DNA from: Gammaproteobacteria bacterium
GTDB taxonomy: Bacteria; Pseudomonadota; Gammaproteobacteria; Ga0077536
Length of the DNA stretch: 64,000 nt
Reading direction: 5' to 3'
NCBI GenBank assembly: GCA_963662545.2
Contig: CAXXLL010000003.1
Coordinates: 1,920,001 to 1,984,000 of the forward strand
The position numbers and the translations under genes were made by a program. Every line of letters starts with the position of its first letter. The first letter of the stretch is position 1. Of the stretch, positions 29,442 through 40,572 are shown one piece after another. Below the pieces are notes generated by a model. The model did no database searches, had not been told where the DNA came from, and saw only the letters and a program-made list of their open reading frames with translations.

Positions 29442-29652
29442 ACCTAACAAATGGATCAACCGGACGTATTACAGCGTGCTTGTTTGGGCCGGCGTCGCAT
29501 TTTCGTCCTAAAAGAGCCTGCTGTAACATGCAGGTTATCCTAGGTATATGGACCTCCCCTAAAATCAACACGCGTGTTTACATTTAATTGACTCCGGTTT
29601 GTATCTAACTCACGCCTTGAGGCCGACCGTTAAGGTTATCCTAGCGTTGAGG
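29442..29652 (+). repeat. Terminal attC with a ~100-bp insertion
   Basis: ACCTAAC at 29442; GGTTATCCTAG occurs twice; GTTGAGG at 29646. Confidence 0.75.
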
Positions 29653-29911
29653 CGGTAGGATAAGTCCTTGCGAATAAATGCTCGGAAATTCGACCTTGTC
29701 AGATGCTCCGGAAGCGACGATCTCGGTTAGGGTAGAGGTTTTAGGATCCCCGAAATCAGCACATTTTCGGTCTACCGGACTTTTTCTACACCCTCGTTAG
29801 GTGCCCCAGAAGAGTTTGACGGTAGATAGTTCGGGGTCAGCTTTTGCCTATCGCCAACTTTCGGGCGAATGGCAAGAACTGACTCCGCGATTCCCGACAA
29901 AGGAAGGCAAT

Positions 29912-31948
29912 ATGAATCGACTCGGCGACCAGACCAGCCCGTATCTACTGCAACATGCTGACAATCCGGTTCACTGGCAGCCATGGGATGACGAGGCACT
30001 GGCGCTGGCTAAGCGCGAGAAAAAGCCGATCCTGCTTTCCATCGGTTACTCCGCGTGCCATTGGTGCCATGTCATGGCCCATGAATCATTTGAAAGCGAG
30101 CGAATCGCTAGAGTAATGAACGAGCATTTCGTTAACATCAAGGTGGATCGTGAAGAACGGCCCGATCTCGATCGCATCTATCAGACGGCCCACCAAATCC
30201 TGACCCGCAAAGCTGGCGGTTGGCCGTTAACCATGTTTCTCGACCCCGACGACCATCTGCCGTTTTTCGGCGGGACATATTTCCCGCCACAGCCACGCGG
30301 GGGTATGCCGGGCTTCCCCGAAGTGCTAAAGGGCATTTCCAATGCCTTTGGTACCCAAAATGAAAAGATGGCCGACTTTAAAACGCAGCTTCGTGACACG
30401 CTCGCCCAAGCATTCAGCGGCAGCGCACCAGGCGAACTTGATAAAATGCTGGTCGATCGCGCCTGCGCTCAAATCGACGGCAGTTTCGATGAGCAACGTG
30501 GAGGTTTTAGCGAAGCACCAAAGTTCCCGCACCCGGCCGGACTCGAATTGCTACTTGACGCCGCGGCCGGAACCGACGAGGAAGAGCAATCGCAGCGGGC
30601 CTTGTACTTGCTCGATTTTACCCTGACGGCCATGTCGTACGGTGGTTTGTTTGACCACCTTGGCGGTGGCTTTTACCGGTATTCAGTCGATGCAGAGTGG
30701 ACCATTCCGCATTTTGAGAAAATGCTTTACGACAATGGCGCGTTGCTGTCGGTCTATGCGCGGCGTGCTGGACAAACCAACGCACCGTGGTTCCGCGAAG
30801 TTGCCAATCAGACTGCCGATTGGATAATGCGGGAAATGCAGCTCGACGACGGCGGTATCTGTTCCAGTTTGGACGCCGACTCGGAAGGCACAGAAGGCGA
30901 ATTCTATGTCTGGTCAATAGATGAAGTGCGCGAAGTTCTGGGCGATGACTATGATGTCTTCGCCGAGCGTTTTGGTTTGAAAACTAAGCCGAACTTCGAA
31001 CGCCGCTGGCACCTGCGCCTGGCTGCGCCGGAGGCCGCTTTATCGGATGGGCAAAAAAATCCGGTTGCGGACTTGGCAGCTGTACGCGCGCTTCTTTTCA
31101 ACGCGCGCGAGGCGCGCGTGCGACCGGGGCGCGACGACAAGATTCTAACCTCATGGAATGCCCTGAGTATTCGCGGACTGGCCGACATCGGGCAACAGTT
31201 GGACCGCGCCGATTGTCTTGCGGCGGCGACCCGCGCGGTCGATTATTTGCATGAAACACACTGGCGAAATGACCGTCTTCTAGCGACCAGTCGCGACGGT
31301 CAGGCCCATCTGAACGCTTATCTCGATGATTACGCTTTTCTGATTGATGCCCTGCTCGTACTGCTTTCCGCGCGTTGGCGAGACCGTGATCTGACCTTCG
31401 CAATCGCTCTTGCCGACGCCCTGCTCGAGCACTTTGAAGACCGCCAGCACGGCGGCTTCTTCTTCACTTCTGATGATCACGAAATCCTTATTCAACGCAG
31501 CAGGTCGTTTGGCGATGACTCGCTTCCTTCCGGCAACGGCATTGCCGCGCGCGCGTTGTTGGAGCTCGGATATTTGATCGGGGAATCGCGCTATCTGGAT
31601 GCTGCAGAACGCGCCTTGCGAGCCGGCATAAACGATGCAGGACGCTGGCCGTCGGCGCACGCCACACTTATGTGTGCACTGCTCGATTACACCACGCCGC
31701 CGCCGCGTGTAATTCTACGTTGCGGCGAAGACGCGGACGCCACTGCATGGTTGACTATGGCGGCCGAACGACTCTCCGTTCGATCACGCTGCTACCTTAT
31801 ACCCAGTGATGCCAATGCCTTGCCTGGCCTGTTAACGAGCCGCAGTGCGCAGGAAGGAGCGGCGGTGACCGCCTATTTTTGCAGCGGTCACCAGTGCAGC
31901 GCACCGGCGACCAGCCTCGAAGAATTTACAGAAAGCCTGGGAAACTGA
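29912..31948 (+). CDS. YyaL/SSP411 thioredoxin-domain protein (DUF255)
   Basis: [35 protein letters not shown]. Confidence 0.95.
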   Translation: MNRLGDQTSPYLLQHADNPVHWQPWDDEALALAKREKKPILLSIGYSACHWCHVMAHESFESERIARVMNEHFVNIKVDREERPDLDRIYQTAHQILTRKAGGWPLTMFLDPDDHLPFFGGTYFPPQPRGGMPGFPEVLKGISNAFGTQNEKMADFKTQLRDTLAQAFSGSAPGELDKMLVDRACAQIDGSFDEQRGGFSEAPKFPHPAGLELLLDAAAGTDEEEQSQRALYLLDFTLTAMSYGGLFDHLGGGFYRYSVDAEWTIPHFEKMLYDNGALLSVYARRAGQTNAPWFREVANQTADWIMREMQLDDGGICSSLDADSEGTEGEFYVWSIDEVREVLGDDYDVFAERFGLKTKPNFERRWHLRLAAPEAALSDGQKNPVADLAAVRALLFNAREARVRPGRDDKILTSWNALSIRGLADIGQQLDRADCLAAATRAVDYLHETHWRNDRLLATSRDGQAHLNAYLDDYAFLIDALLVLLSARWRDRDLTFAIALADALLEHFEDRQHGGFFFTSDDHEILIQRSRSFGDDSLPSGNGIAARALLELGYLIGESRYLDAAERALRAGINDAGRWPSAHATLMCALLDYTTPPPRVILRCGEDADATAWLTMAAERLSVRSRCYLIPSDANALPGLLTSRSAQEGAAVTAYFCSGHQCSAPATSLEEFTESLGN

Positions 31949-31965
31949 TTCTAAAGATAAGTTAC

Positions 31966-32310
31966 GTGCCAGCGAATCTCTACCAGTCATTATTTGCGAC
32001 GGCAGCCTTGTCACTACCGTTCGTTACGCTCCTTTCGGTCGCTCGAGGGGCCGTGCGCATTTTTCGTTCCCGAAAAGCAAAGCAAACGAAGTTCGTAATT
32101 CTATCGAGTTTATCCATATTACTTATGCTCGGCATATTTGCGGGGGTCATTGTTGTATGGTTCATTTACGCTGTGGCTCATACTGGAAAAGACGGGGCGA
32201 CTGATCTAGTTGTCCTAGCGAGTACTGGTGCTCCAATCTATATCGGAGCCGGTGGAATTTTGTGGTTGTCTGGATATATTGAAAAGAGACTCGATAAAGA
32301 TGTCACCTAG
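31966..32310 (+). CDS. Hypothetical membrane protein, cassette-like
   Basis: Three TM segments; stop codon overlaps a degenerate attC. Confidence 0.6.
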   Translation: MPANLYQSLFATAALSLPFVTLLSVARGAVRIFRSRKAKQTKFVILSSLSILLMLGIFAGVIVVWFIYAVAHTGKDGATDLVVLASTGAPIYIGAGGILWLSGYIEKRLDKDVT

Positions 32311-32400
32311 TCCGGTGTTGCTGCCGACCCTTGACAGCGAGCTCCCTGCTCTGCTGCTCCGGTCGCCCGCTGTCAAGGGCAGCCGAACTTAGCGTTAAAG
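32305..32400 (+). repeat. Degenerate attC
   Basis: ACCTAGT...CCCTTGACAGCG/CGCTGTCAAGGG stem...TTAGCGTTAAAG. Confidence 0.55.
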
Positions 32401-32419
32401 GAGAGCCATGATCCGCTTG

Positions 32420-33805
32420 GAGTTATTGTCAAAAGTGGTGTTCAGGCGGTTGAATCAAGCGGCGACCTGATTGACCCTTGTCACCTCGATACCATCTTCA
32501 AATTTAACTCCAGTAATCACCTTGGCCAGGTAGTCGAATCCACGTAGGCGTCGCCAATTCTTCTGCGCACACCGCCCCAGCTTGAACATCATATGGAGCA
32601 TGCCGTCCCGAGAGAGACCGCCCTTGGAGCGCCGGGTCCGGTGCCGGATCGTAGCGAAGGTGGATTCAATCGGATTGCTCGTGCGAATGCTTTGCCAATG
32701 TGGTGCCGGAAAATCATAGAACGCCAGCAACTCCTCACGGTCTTTCTGTAGGCACAGGGTCGCCTTGGGATACTTCGGTTCATAGGTCTTGAGGAACAGC
32801 TCGAACGCCTTCTCGGCGTCGGCCTTTGTCGCGGCCTGCCAGATCGCGTGCAGGGCTTGCTTGGCTTTGGCCTGTGCTGACTTCGGTAGGCAGTTCAGCA
32901 CGTTCATCGTCTTGTGCATCCAGCAGCGTTGCTGGCGGGTCTCACCGTAGACTTCCTCCAGTGCGGCCCAGAAGCCCATGGCACCGTCCCCGATCGCCAG
33001 CTTGGGAATATTCATCCCGCGTGACTTCAATTTCAGCAACACCTCGCGCCAGCTCTGCGTGGACTCCCGCACACCATCCTCCATCGCCAAAAAACGCTTC
33101 TCGCCTCGCTCATTGACGCCGATCACCACCAACGCACACAGCTTCGTGTGCTCCGCCCGCAGGCCACTGTAGACACCGTCCGCCCACACCTACACCCAGC
33201 GGTCTTGGTCCAATCGCCCCTCGCACCAGTCGCGGTATTCTTGCGCCCACACCTGCTTCAAGCGCGACACGGTGCTCGCCGACAGGCCCTTCGCCTGCGG
33301 CCCCAACAAAACTTCCAGCGCAGCGCCCATTTCGCCACTGGAAACGCCCTTCAAATACAGCCACGGCACGGCCGCCTCCAAGGTTCTTGTCTTGCGCACA
33401 TACGGCGGCACCAGCGCTGAACGGAAGGTCACCGGCTCGCCGAGCTTCGAACGAACCTTCGGGATCCTCACCGTCACCGGCCCCAAGCCCGTCTGCAACT
33501 GGCGTTCCGGCAAATAGCCGTTGCGAACCACACCTGCTTTGTCGTCCGCCGTGCGATGTCCTGAATACTGCGCCATATATTCTGCCAGCTCGATTTCAAC
33601 CGCTCGTTCAATCAGAGCCCGAGCACCGTTTCTCAAGACCTCCGTCAACGGATCTGGTATTCCTTCTCGACCTGATAATTCAACAACCTTACTCTCTCTC
33701 ATGGTGGCGTATCCTCTTTGGTTGGCTTGCTGCTTGGTAACAACATTTCAACCAGATACGCCGCCTTTATTCAATTCGCTCAAACACCAGATTCAGTTAT
33801 AACTC
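32420..33805 (-). mobile_element. IS256-family element; transposase (33702-32455) has an in-frame TAG at 33190
   Basis: 9-bp TSD ATCCGCTTG; WADG, IGDG, QRCWMH, TSNPIES motifs. Confidence 0.9.
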
Positions 33806-33925
33806 ATCCGCTTGTCCGCACACGCCTAACTCAAACGGATAAAGTGACTTTGGGTTCGTGGATGCTATGCATCGCGATGCGGATCCAGGCTTATCGGCGA
33901 ACTGGAGCGCGCGGTTCGATCGTCA

Positions 33926-34390
33926 TCACTTCAGCGCCGGTTGGCAAATCAGCACCGGAATATTAGGTGACGTGCGTCGCTGATACAGCTCGAAATCGGG
34001 ATAGTGATCGCAACAGAGCGGCCAAACTTCGGCCTTCTCGGGGTCCGTCGCTTGTCGGGCGACGAGCTGCATGCGCTTACCTCCTACGGTGACCTCGATT
34101 TCAGGGTGGGCAATGAGGTTGTAATACCACGTCGGGTGTTTCGGCGCCCCCGCCATCGACGCGACCAGGATCACGCCGTCCTTGTAGGGCACGTACATCA
34201 ACGGGATCTCTTTCGTTTTACCGGATTTCGCGCCGGTCATCCGCACTAAGCAGATCTCGCCGCCCCCAAATTGATTCATCATTTTCCCACCCGACCATTT
34301 GTATATCAGCACGTTCAAGTTCGTGAACCATCGCATGAAGGGCTTAATTAGCCGGAGCTGAGTTTCTGTTATCGGCCTCGGGTTATCCAT
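33926..34390 (-). CDS. Deazaflavin (F420H2)-dependent nitroreductase family (Ddn-like)
   Basis: TGAKSG...PL, VASMAGAPKHPTWYYNL. Confidence 0.9.
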   Translation of the reverse strand: MDNPRPITETQLRLIKPFMRWFTNLNVLIYKWSGGKMMNQFGGGEICLVRMTGAKSGKTKEIPLMYVPYKDGVILVASMAGAPKHPTWYYNLIAHPEIEVTVGGKRMQLVARQATDPEKAEVWPLCCDHYPDFELYQRRTSPNIPVLICQPALK

Positions 34391-34512
34391 GAATAGGTCC
34401 TCTTGTTGGGATCCGGTACAGTCAGCTTAAATCAGTCTATAGAATCAGGTCCAAATTCGATTAGAAAGCGTCGAGTAAACTAGATACGGCTCCAATTGGA
34501 GATTAATTAAAT

Positions 34513-36117
34513 ATGAGCGGCCTTAATCCACAAGTACTCATTGTCGGCGGCGGCCCGACGGGGCTCGGCGCTGCGATCGAACTTCGACGCCGCGGCATCC
34601 ACTGCCGTATTATCGAGCGGCGGGCCGGCCCAAGCCACACGTCACGTGCGATTACGGTGCATGCGCGAACACTGGAGATGCTGGACGACATTGGGGTCGC
34701 CGAACGATTTTTGCACGGCGGCGTCCGAAACGACGGCTATATCTTCAATTTCAAGGGCAGCGACGTGAAACCGGAGCTTGACTACACTCGATTGCCGACG
34801 CGCTACCCTTTCGTGTGCATGTTTAATCAGAACGAGACGGAAAAAATACTGCGTGATCACCTTGAAAATAATTTGAGCTTGCCGATTGAGTGGAACGCAG
34901 ATCTCACCGCTATCGAGGAAAGTGCAGATGGCAAGGTGACGGTGACGATTACCCACGGCACGGATAATAAAACGCATGAAGAGGTCGTCAATCCGGAGTG
35001 GGTCATCGCCTGTGACGGTATCCATAGCCCGACCCGCGAATTCCTCGGGTTCAAGTTCGAGGGCTCGGAATATGATGGTTTGGTCATGCAAATGGTTGAT
35101 GCCAAGCTCGAGAATTTTGACGGCACCGACAATCTTCTTCACTACTATATCGCCGAAGACACCTTTCTCATGATTGGTAAACTGGCTGGCCCCAATCATC
35201 GAGTGCTCGTGAGTAGCCAGGGTGACCCGGACGAATTCGCGCGTCGGGACCACATCGCGCCTATCGTCGCGGATCATTTGCCGGGCGTGAAAATTGGCGA
35301 GCCCGAATGGAAAACGACCTGGGAGATCTGGATACGTAAAGCAGACACTTATCGTAAAGGTCATGTCATGCTTTGCGGGGAATCTGCGCACGTACACTCC
35401 GTGGCGGGCGGTCAGGGATGGAATGTCGCCCTTCAAGACGCCTACAACCTAGTGTGGAAAATCGCTCTGGTGATTCAAGGGCATGCCGGCCCTGATTTAC
35501 TCGACACCTATGAGCAGGAGCGGGAGCCGGTGGCTGAGCAGGTGATCGAGGGCAGCTCATCGATTCATGAAATTATCATGGCGCACGGTGGCGGCATTAA
35601 GGACCGCATGGCCCTCACCCAAACCCAGAACTGGAATGACAACGCGGTCGCCCGGATATCGGGGCTTAGCTACAACTATCGCGGTCTTATCGACCTGCCC
35701 GACGGTACGTCGACACACTGGGAGCCGGCCATTGGTGATCGCGTGCCGGATGTCATCATTTCTCAACACTTACGTTTACACCAGTTATTCTCGCATCCAA
35801 ACTTTACCTTGTTGGCGGTGTTGGGTCAGGTTGAAGGGAGCCAACTGGAAGCTGCCGCCGCGGCGCTTGCAGCGGTTCGCGAAACCTATGCGGGATGTAT
35901 GAAATTTGAGTTGATCGCGCCGACCGTTCCCCATCCGTGGCCCGGGTTACTGCCGGTCGAGGATACGGAAGGCAAAGTGGCGCGGGCCTTGCAGGTGTCG
36001 AGTGCTGGTGAATTCGTACTGGTGCGGCCGGATGTCTACATCGGCTTTCGCTGCACTATCGATCAATATGGGTTGCTTGAACAATTCCTTGCATCATTTC
36101 TGATCAAAGCGTCGTAG
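34513..36117 (+). CDS. FAD-dependent monooxygenase (PheA/TfdB-like)
   Basis: IVGGGPTG, ACDGIHS, GESAHVHS.AGGQG.N. Confidence 0.9.
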   Translation: MSGLNPQVLIVGGGPTGLGAAIELRRRGIHCRIIERRAGPSHTSRAITVHARTLEMLDDIGVAERFLHGGVRNDGYIFNFKGSDVKPELDYTRLPTRYPFVCMFNQNETEKILRDHLENNLSLPIEWNADLTAIEESADGKVTVTITHGTDNKTHEEVVNPEWVIACDGIHSPTREFLGFKFEGSEYDGLVMQMVDAKLENFDGTDNLLHYYIAEDTFLMIGKLAGPNHRVLVSSQGDPDEFARRDHIAPIVADHLPGVKIGEPEWKTTWEIWIRKADTYRKGHVMLCGESAHVHSVAGGQGWNVALQDAYNLVWKIALVIQGHAGPDLLDTYEQEREPVAEQVIEGSSSIHEIIMAHGGGIKDRMALTQTQNWNDNAVARISGLSYNYRGLIDLPDGTSTHWEPAIGDRVPDVIISQHLRLHQLFSHPNFTLLAVLGQVEGSQLEAAAAALAAVRETYAGCMKFELIAPTVPHPWPGLLPVEDTEGKVARALQVSSAGEFVLVRPDVYIGFRCTIDQYGLLEQFLASFLIKAS

Positions 36118-36187
36118 GAAATTGAGAAGAAGGGACCTGATCTGTGGGGTCCAGTCTGAATCTGAACGATTCTGAACCCTATGTGCC

Positions 36188-38176
36188 CTAACCGGTCATG
36201 CTGTAGTCGCGCTGCGCGGCCGCGAAGTCGATGAAGTAATCTAGGGACTGTGGGTTCATCATCGCATCCCGGCTCACGGCTTTGGTCATGTCGTATCCCA
36301 TCAGGATTTTGCGCACCGGCACTTCGAGTTTCTTACCGGTCAGGGTATAGGGGACCTCGTCGACGGCGTAGACCCTGTCCGGTACGTGGCGCGGCGAGCA
36401 TTGCGTCTTGAGCGCTTGCGCGATGTTGGCGAGGAGCGCCTCATCGAAATCGCAACCGGGCGCGAGCTTGACGAACAAAGGCATGAAGAACTGGCCGCCC
36501 GGGAGGTCGAGGTTGACCACCAGCGAGTCGTCGATCGCGTTCAGCGCCTCGATGCAGCGGTAGATCTCGGCGGTGCCGATACGCACGCCATAGCGGTTCA
36601 GGGTGGAGTCCGAACGGCCTTTGATGAAGCAGCCGCCGCGGACGTTGATCTGAAAGAAGTCGCCGTGGCGCCAGACGCCAGGGAAAGTATCGAAATACGA
36701 GTCGTGGTAGCGTCGACCACCATCGTCATTCCAGAAAAACAGCGGCATCGATGGCATCGGTTTGCATATGACGAGCTCTCCTACTTCGTCGATCACGGGT
36801 TTCCCGGCGTCACTGTAGGCGTGTACGTCGACACCGAGTGCGCGTGCTTGAATTTCTCCGGCATGGACCGGAAGGATGCAGGAGCCACTGACGAAGCCGC
36901 TCGCGACGTCGGTGCCACCGCTCTGCGATGTTACCCACAGGTCGTCGCGCACGTTCTCGTAAAGCCACTGCATTGATTCCGGTGTCGCTGGCGAGCCGGT
37001 CAGGAGGATCCCTTCCAGTGCGCTGAAATCGTATAGATCCTTAGGCACGATGCCCTCTTTCATCATCAGGCTGATGTAAGTGGGGCTGGCGCCGAAGATC
37101 GTTGCTTTAGTCTCGGCGGCGATGCGCCACAGTACGTCAACTTCGGGCGCGCCCGGGTGACCGTCGTAGATCACCGGTGATGCACCCACCAGCAGTGAGG
37201 CCGTCAGGATGTTCCACATGATCCAGCCCGAGGTGGTGTAGAAGAACATGCGCGCATGCGGGCGCAAATTGCATTGCAGGGCAAGCATCTTGTGCAGTTC
37301 CAGGATGATACCGCCGTGTCCATGCACGATGGCCTTGGGCAGGCCCGTGGTGCCTGAGGAATAGACCACCCAGAGTGGATGGTCGAATTCGACTTGCTCG
37401 AATTCGAGCGCGGGCGCGTCACCGCCGGCCATGATGTCGTGCCAGTAGTGCACATCCGCCACCGGCGGTGCGGCATCCAGTTCGAGATAAGGTAAATAGA
37501 AAACCGACTCGATCGAAGGCAGGGCCTCGATGATCGTGCGCGCCTCGCCGCGCCGGTCGAAGGGCTTGCCGCCGTAGCGGTAGCCGTCGACGGTGAAGAT
37601 TGCCTTCGGTTCGATCTGACGAAAACGGTCGAGCACGCTGGCACTGCCGAAGTCGGTCGAGCAACTCGACCAGATCGCACCGATACTGGCAGTGGCGAGG
37701 AAGGCGACCATGGTCTCCGGGATGTTGGGCATGAACGCCACCACGCGATCGCCGGGCTCGATGCCTTGGTCTCGCAGCGCGCGCGCCACCCGTGCTACCT
37801 GATCGCCGAGTTCGTCCCAGGAAATGGAGGTCAGCGGTGACGCTTCGGCGGCAAAAAAAATCGCGGCTTCACCGCTGCGCGCGCGGCGCATCACGTGCTC
37901 GGCCAGATTGAGGTGGCTGCCCTCGAACCATTTGGCACCGGGCATGACGGGCGCGGACAACACCTTGGCATACGGCGCCGATGTTTTGATCTCGAAGTAA
38001 TTCCACAACGCGCCCCAGAACGCTTCGAGGTCGTCGACCGACCATTGCCAGAGGCTCGCATAAGTGTCGAACTTGAGCCCGTGCTCACGCTCGAGCCAGC
38101 CCATGAATTGGGTGATCTCCGCACGGTCGATGCGTGCCTGCGAAGGCTGCCACAGCAAGTCGCCTTCTTGCAGCAT
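36188..38176 (-). CDS. Acetoacetate-CoA ligase
   Basis: YSSGTTGLPKAIVHGHGG, SGGTD, WRHGD, GKKLEVPV. Confidence 0.9.
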   Translation of the reverse strand: MLQEGDLLWQPSQARIDRAEITQFMGWLEREHGLKFDTYASLWQWSVDDLEAFWGALWNYFEIKTSAPYAKVLSAPVMPGAKWFEGSHLNLAEHVMRRARSGEAAIFFAAEASPLTSISWDELGDQVARVARALRDQGIEPGDRVVAFMPNIPETMVAFLATASIGAIWSSCSTDFGSASVLDRFRQIEPKAIFTVDGYRYGGKPFDRRGEARTIIEALPSIESVFYLPYLELDAAPPVADVHYWHDIMAGGDAPALEFEQVEFDHPLWVVYSSGTTGLPKAIVHGHGGIILELHKMLALQCNLRPHARMFFYTTSGWIMWNILTASLLVGASPVIYDGHPGAPEVDVLWRIAAETKATIFGASPTYISLMMKEGIVPKDLYDFSALEGILLTGSPATPESMQWLYENVRDDLWVTSQSGGTDVASGFVSGSCILPVHAGEIQARALGVDVHAYSDAGKPVIDEVGELVICKPMPSMPLFFWNDDGGRRYHDSYFDTFPGVWRHGDFFQINVRGGCFIKGRSDSTLNRYGVRIGTAEIYRCIEALNAIDDSLVVNLDLPGGQFFMPLFVKLAPGCDFDEALLANIAQALKTQCSPRHVPDRVYAVDEVPYTLTGKKLEVPVRKILMGYDMTKAVSRDAMMNPQSLDYFIDFAAAQRDYSMTG

Positions 38177-38333
38177 GTCGGTTCTCCTGTCTTCTCTCGA
38201 GGGTCCTTGGCGGCCCGAAAAATGCGTACGTTGGGCTGTGCCCGACGTACGTGTCAATGGTGTGTCGAGCGGCCCCGACGATTCCGCATGCCGGGCAACG
38301 TTGGGGTGGACCGCGGGGCGTGCATGCGGTACA

Positions 38334-38420
38334 CGCGTTGGTGGACACGCGTGATCCGCTTACCCATGAACGCTTGAATCAAATGAATTTGGGGGCTTCG
38401 TGCTGATGGGTGTCCCGAAT
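38334..38420. repeat. 87-bp imperfect direct repeat, copy A
   Basis: Ungapped match to 40573-40659, about three-quarters identical by eye. Confidence 0.75.
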
Positions 38421-38429
38421 TTCACCAGG

Positions 38430-40301
38430 TCAGCGCTTCCTTTCACGTTTCTTGCGTCCGCCAGGACCACGCGGCGCGGTGTTGCGATCCGCGTACGACG
38501 CAACGTCTACGAGTTGCTCCAGCGGCCCTGCGAGCCGCGGGTCGTTGTGGCTGCGCACGACGATCTCTTTGGCGAACAGCATGGCGACGTAGCGCAGCTT
38601 CAGCGCCGGTCGCTCGGCGACTTCACCCCAGTCGCGATGACCGGAATTGACTTGCCAGTGGCCGTCGACCATGCGCGAGCGCCAGTTAGCGCCCGGTTCA
38701 TGCACGAATTTCGGCGTCGGGATGCCGCCGCTGCTGCGCGCGGGCTTGATCACTTCGACGATCTCGACCACGCGTTTCGCCCGGGCAACGTGCTCATCTT
38801 GCGACGCGATTATGCTCAGATTACCGATCGCAACGTTAGCGCCCGCTTCAATCGTCGCCGCTGAGCCCGTCGCCGCGACATCGACGAGCAGCCCGACATC
38901 GGGGTCGAGCTCCCATTCGAAGTGCACGCCCTTGCGGATCGCCCGCCCTGAAAGATCCACCGGGCGCGCGTGCACGCGTCTCGAACCGAGACGTTCGACC
39001 CGGATCGGAGTCGGCGTAATGGCTACCGCATAAAGAGGCCCTGGTTCCGGGGATTTTTGGACGGGCACGTCGTCCGCGGGCTCGCCCGGCAATCCGGAGA
39101 CGGCGATGGTTTCGCCAGTGCCGCCCCAATCATCGGCGCGATCCGAAACGTCGGAGCCTTTTTCGTGCAGCGGCATCATGGAAAATTCCGGTCGCGCGCT
39201 GAAAAAGTCGCGGAACGCGCGCTTCAAATCGCGTAGGAGCGTGCGGTCGACCCGAGCAGCGCGTTGCTCCTCCCGCTCGGCCAGGATCCGCTCGAGGACG
39301 AGTGCGGCCTTCGCCAGGCCCTCGGCAAATCCGGCGGCAGCAGCGTCGGGCACGACACGACGCCGTGTGCCCGGGCTGACCTGAAAGCCCGCAAAGTCAA
39401 CCAGGCCGCAAAGCCTTGGATCCGTCCACGGTTGGCGGTCGAGGTCCAGGTTCGCGAGTTCGTGGAAGTTCTCGGCCACGAGTGTGCCGGCCGCATACAC
39501 GGACAGCGCCTGCTCGCCGTCTTCGTCCGCACTGAAATAGATCTCGAGCTGGATGGACGGGTATCCGGGGACCTCGATCGGACCCAGACCTTGGATGCGT
39601 TCGCCGAGAAAATTCGGCGGGCGGACCGGGATGAGCTTTTGCGAGCGCCCCCTAGCCATGCGATCCTCGATCACCAGTTCCACTTCACGCGCGAGTAGCT
39701 GCCCGCGCAACTCGGCGGCTAGATACTCCGCAACCCGTCTGCCGCCGAGGATGGATACGACCTCCGGATGGACGTTGGTAATGAGCACTTCCGTCCACCG
39801 TTCTTCGAGCGGCAAGCGGCCGCCGGCGAAATCAATCTCGAATTCGGGACTGTCGCGCCGCAACGATAAGGTCATCGGTTTCTGTCCCGTCACGGCGCTG
39901 CGGATCTGCATTTCCTCACCGATACTCCAGAATCCGAGCAGTCCGATGCCATACTGACCCTGGGTCATCAATTGCATGCGCTGCTCGGGCGTGAGGTCGC
40001 GCTTGCGGCTGTGGCCGATGTGGGTGGCGATATAGCGCAATGCCTCGGTGCGCTCGAGCTCGGGAATCACGCCGTCTCCGTCGTCGATGATGCGAATGCT
40101 CGGATTGCCGCGTAGCCGCGCGCGGTTGACGCGGATCTGGCGCGCGCCGGCATCCAGGCTGTTCTGTACTAGTTCGGCCAGCGCCTTACGCGGATCAGGC
40201 TGGCTCATCGCGATCCAGCGGATCAGCTCGAACGGATCGTGCGCCCGCACCTTGCCACGGAACGCAGGTTTTCTGACAGTCCGTTTTGCCCTTGTAGTCA
40301 C
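38430..40301 (-). CDS. GHKL (HATPase_c/MORC-like) ATPase with an uncharacterised C-terminus
   Basis: ELVQNSLDA, DDGDG, GHSRK, GQYGIG. Confidence 0.85.
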   Translation of the reverse strand: MTTRAKRTVRKPAFRGKVRAHDPFELIRWIAMSQPDPRKALAELVQNSLDAGARQIRVNRARLRGNPSIRIIDDGDGVIPELERTEALRYIATHIGHSRKRDLTPEQRMQLMTQGQYGIGLLGFWSIGEEMQIRSAVTGQKPMTLSLRRDSPEFEIDFAGGRLPLEERWTEVLITNVHPEVVSILGGRRVAEYLAAELRGQLLAREVELVIEDRMARGRSQKLIPVRPPNFLGERIQGLGPIEVPGYPSIQLEIYFSADEDGEQALSVYAAGTLVAENFHELANLDLDRQPWTDPRLCGLVDFAGFQVSPGTRRRVVPDAAAAGFAEGLAKAALVLERILAEREEQRAARVDRTLLRDLKRAFRDFFSARPEFSMMPLHEKGSDVSDRADDWGGTGETIAVSGLPGEPADDVPVQKSPEPGPLYAVAITPTPIRVERLGSRRVHARPVDLSGRAIRKGVHFEWELDPDVGLLVDVAATGSAATIEAGANVAIGNLSIIASQDEHVARAKRVVEIVEVIKPARSSGGIPTPKFVHEPGANWRSRMVDGHWQVNSGHRDWGEVAERPALKLRYVAMLFAKEIVVRSHNDPRLAGPLEQLVDVASYADRNTAPRGPGGRKKRERKR

Positions 40302-40572
40302 GCAAACAGTATACGGTGGGTATTAAGACGGCATTAAACGGAGCGGCATTGAAGGACACCCAAGGTCCGCTTCCCTATAAATGTTTGAATCGAATGGATT
40401 TACAGGCGTCGGGTTTATGTCCCGAGATACGCACCGCATCGTGCTTAAGCGGTTCTTCGGCGTCGCTAGCCCAATCCTGCGAAGCCAAGCCCTAGCAGTG
40501 CGAGCGGAGTTGGCTCCGGATTGCCGGTATTGATCGAGAAGTTATACGTGTATTGCCGCGCGTTCGGCGCAC

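Larger units (their letters stand above)
1..29652 (+). mobile_element. Integron gene-cassette array (distal end; intI/attI not in window)
   Basis: About 25 attC sites with RYYYAAC...GTTRRRY cores and long internal inverted repeats, separating single genes or TA pairs. Confidence 0.95.

Noticed and set aside
373-29652. Regular repeats as a CRISPR array
   Set aside because: The repeats are ~110 bp with attC cores and gene-sized spacers; no cas genes are present
11555-33192. Amber recoding suggested by in-frame TAGs in IS30, IS3 and IS256
   Set aside because: The TAGs replace different expected residues (E, W, Y), and TAG is the normal stop of many genes here
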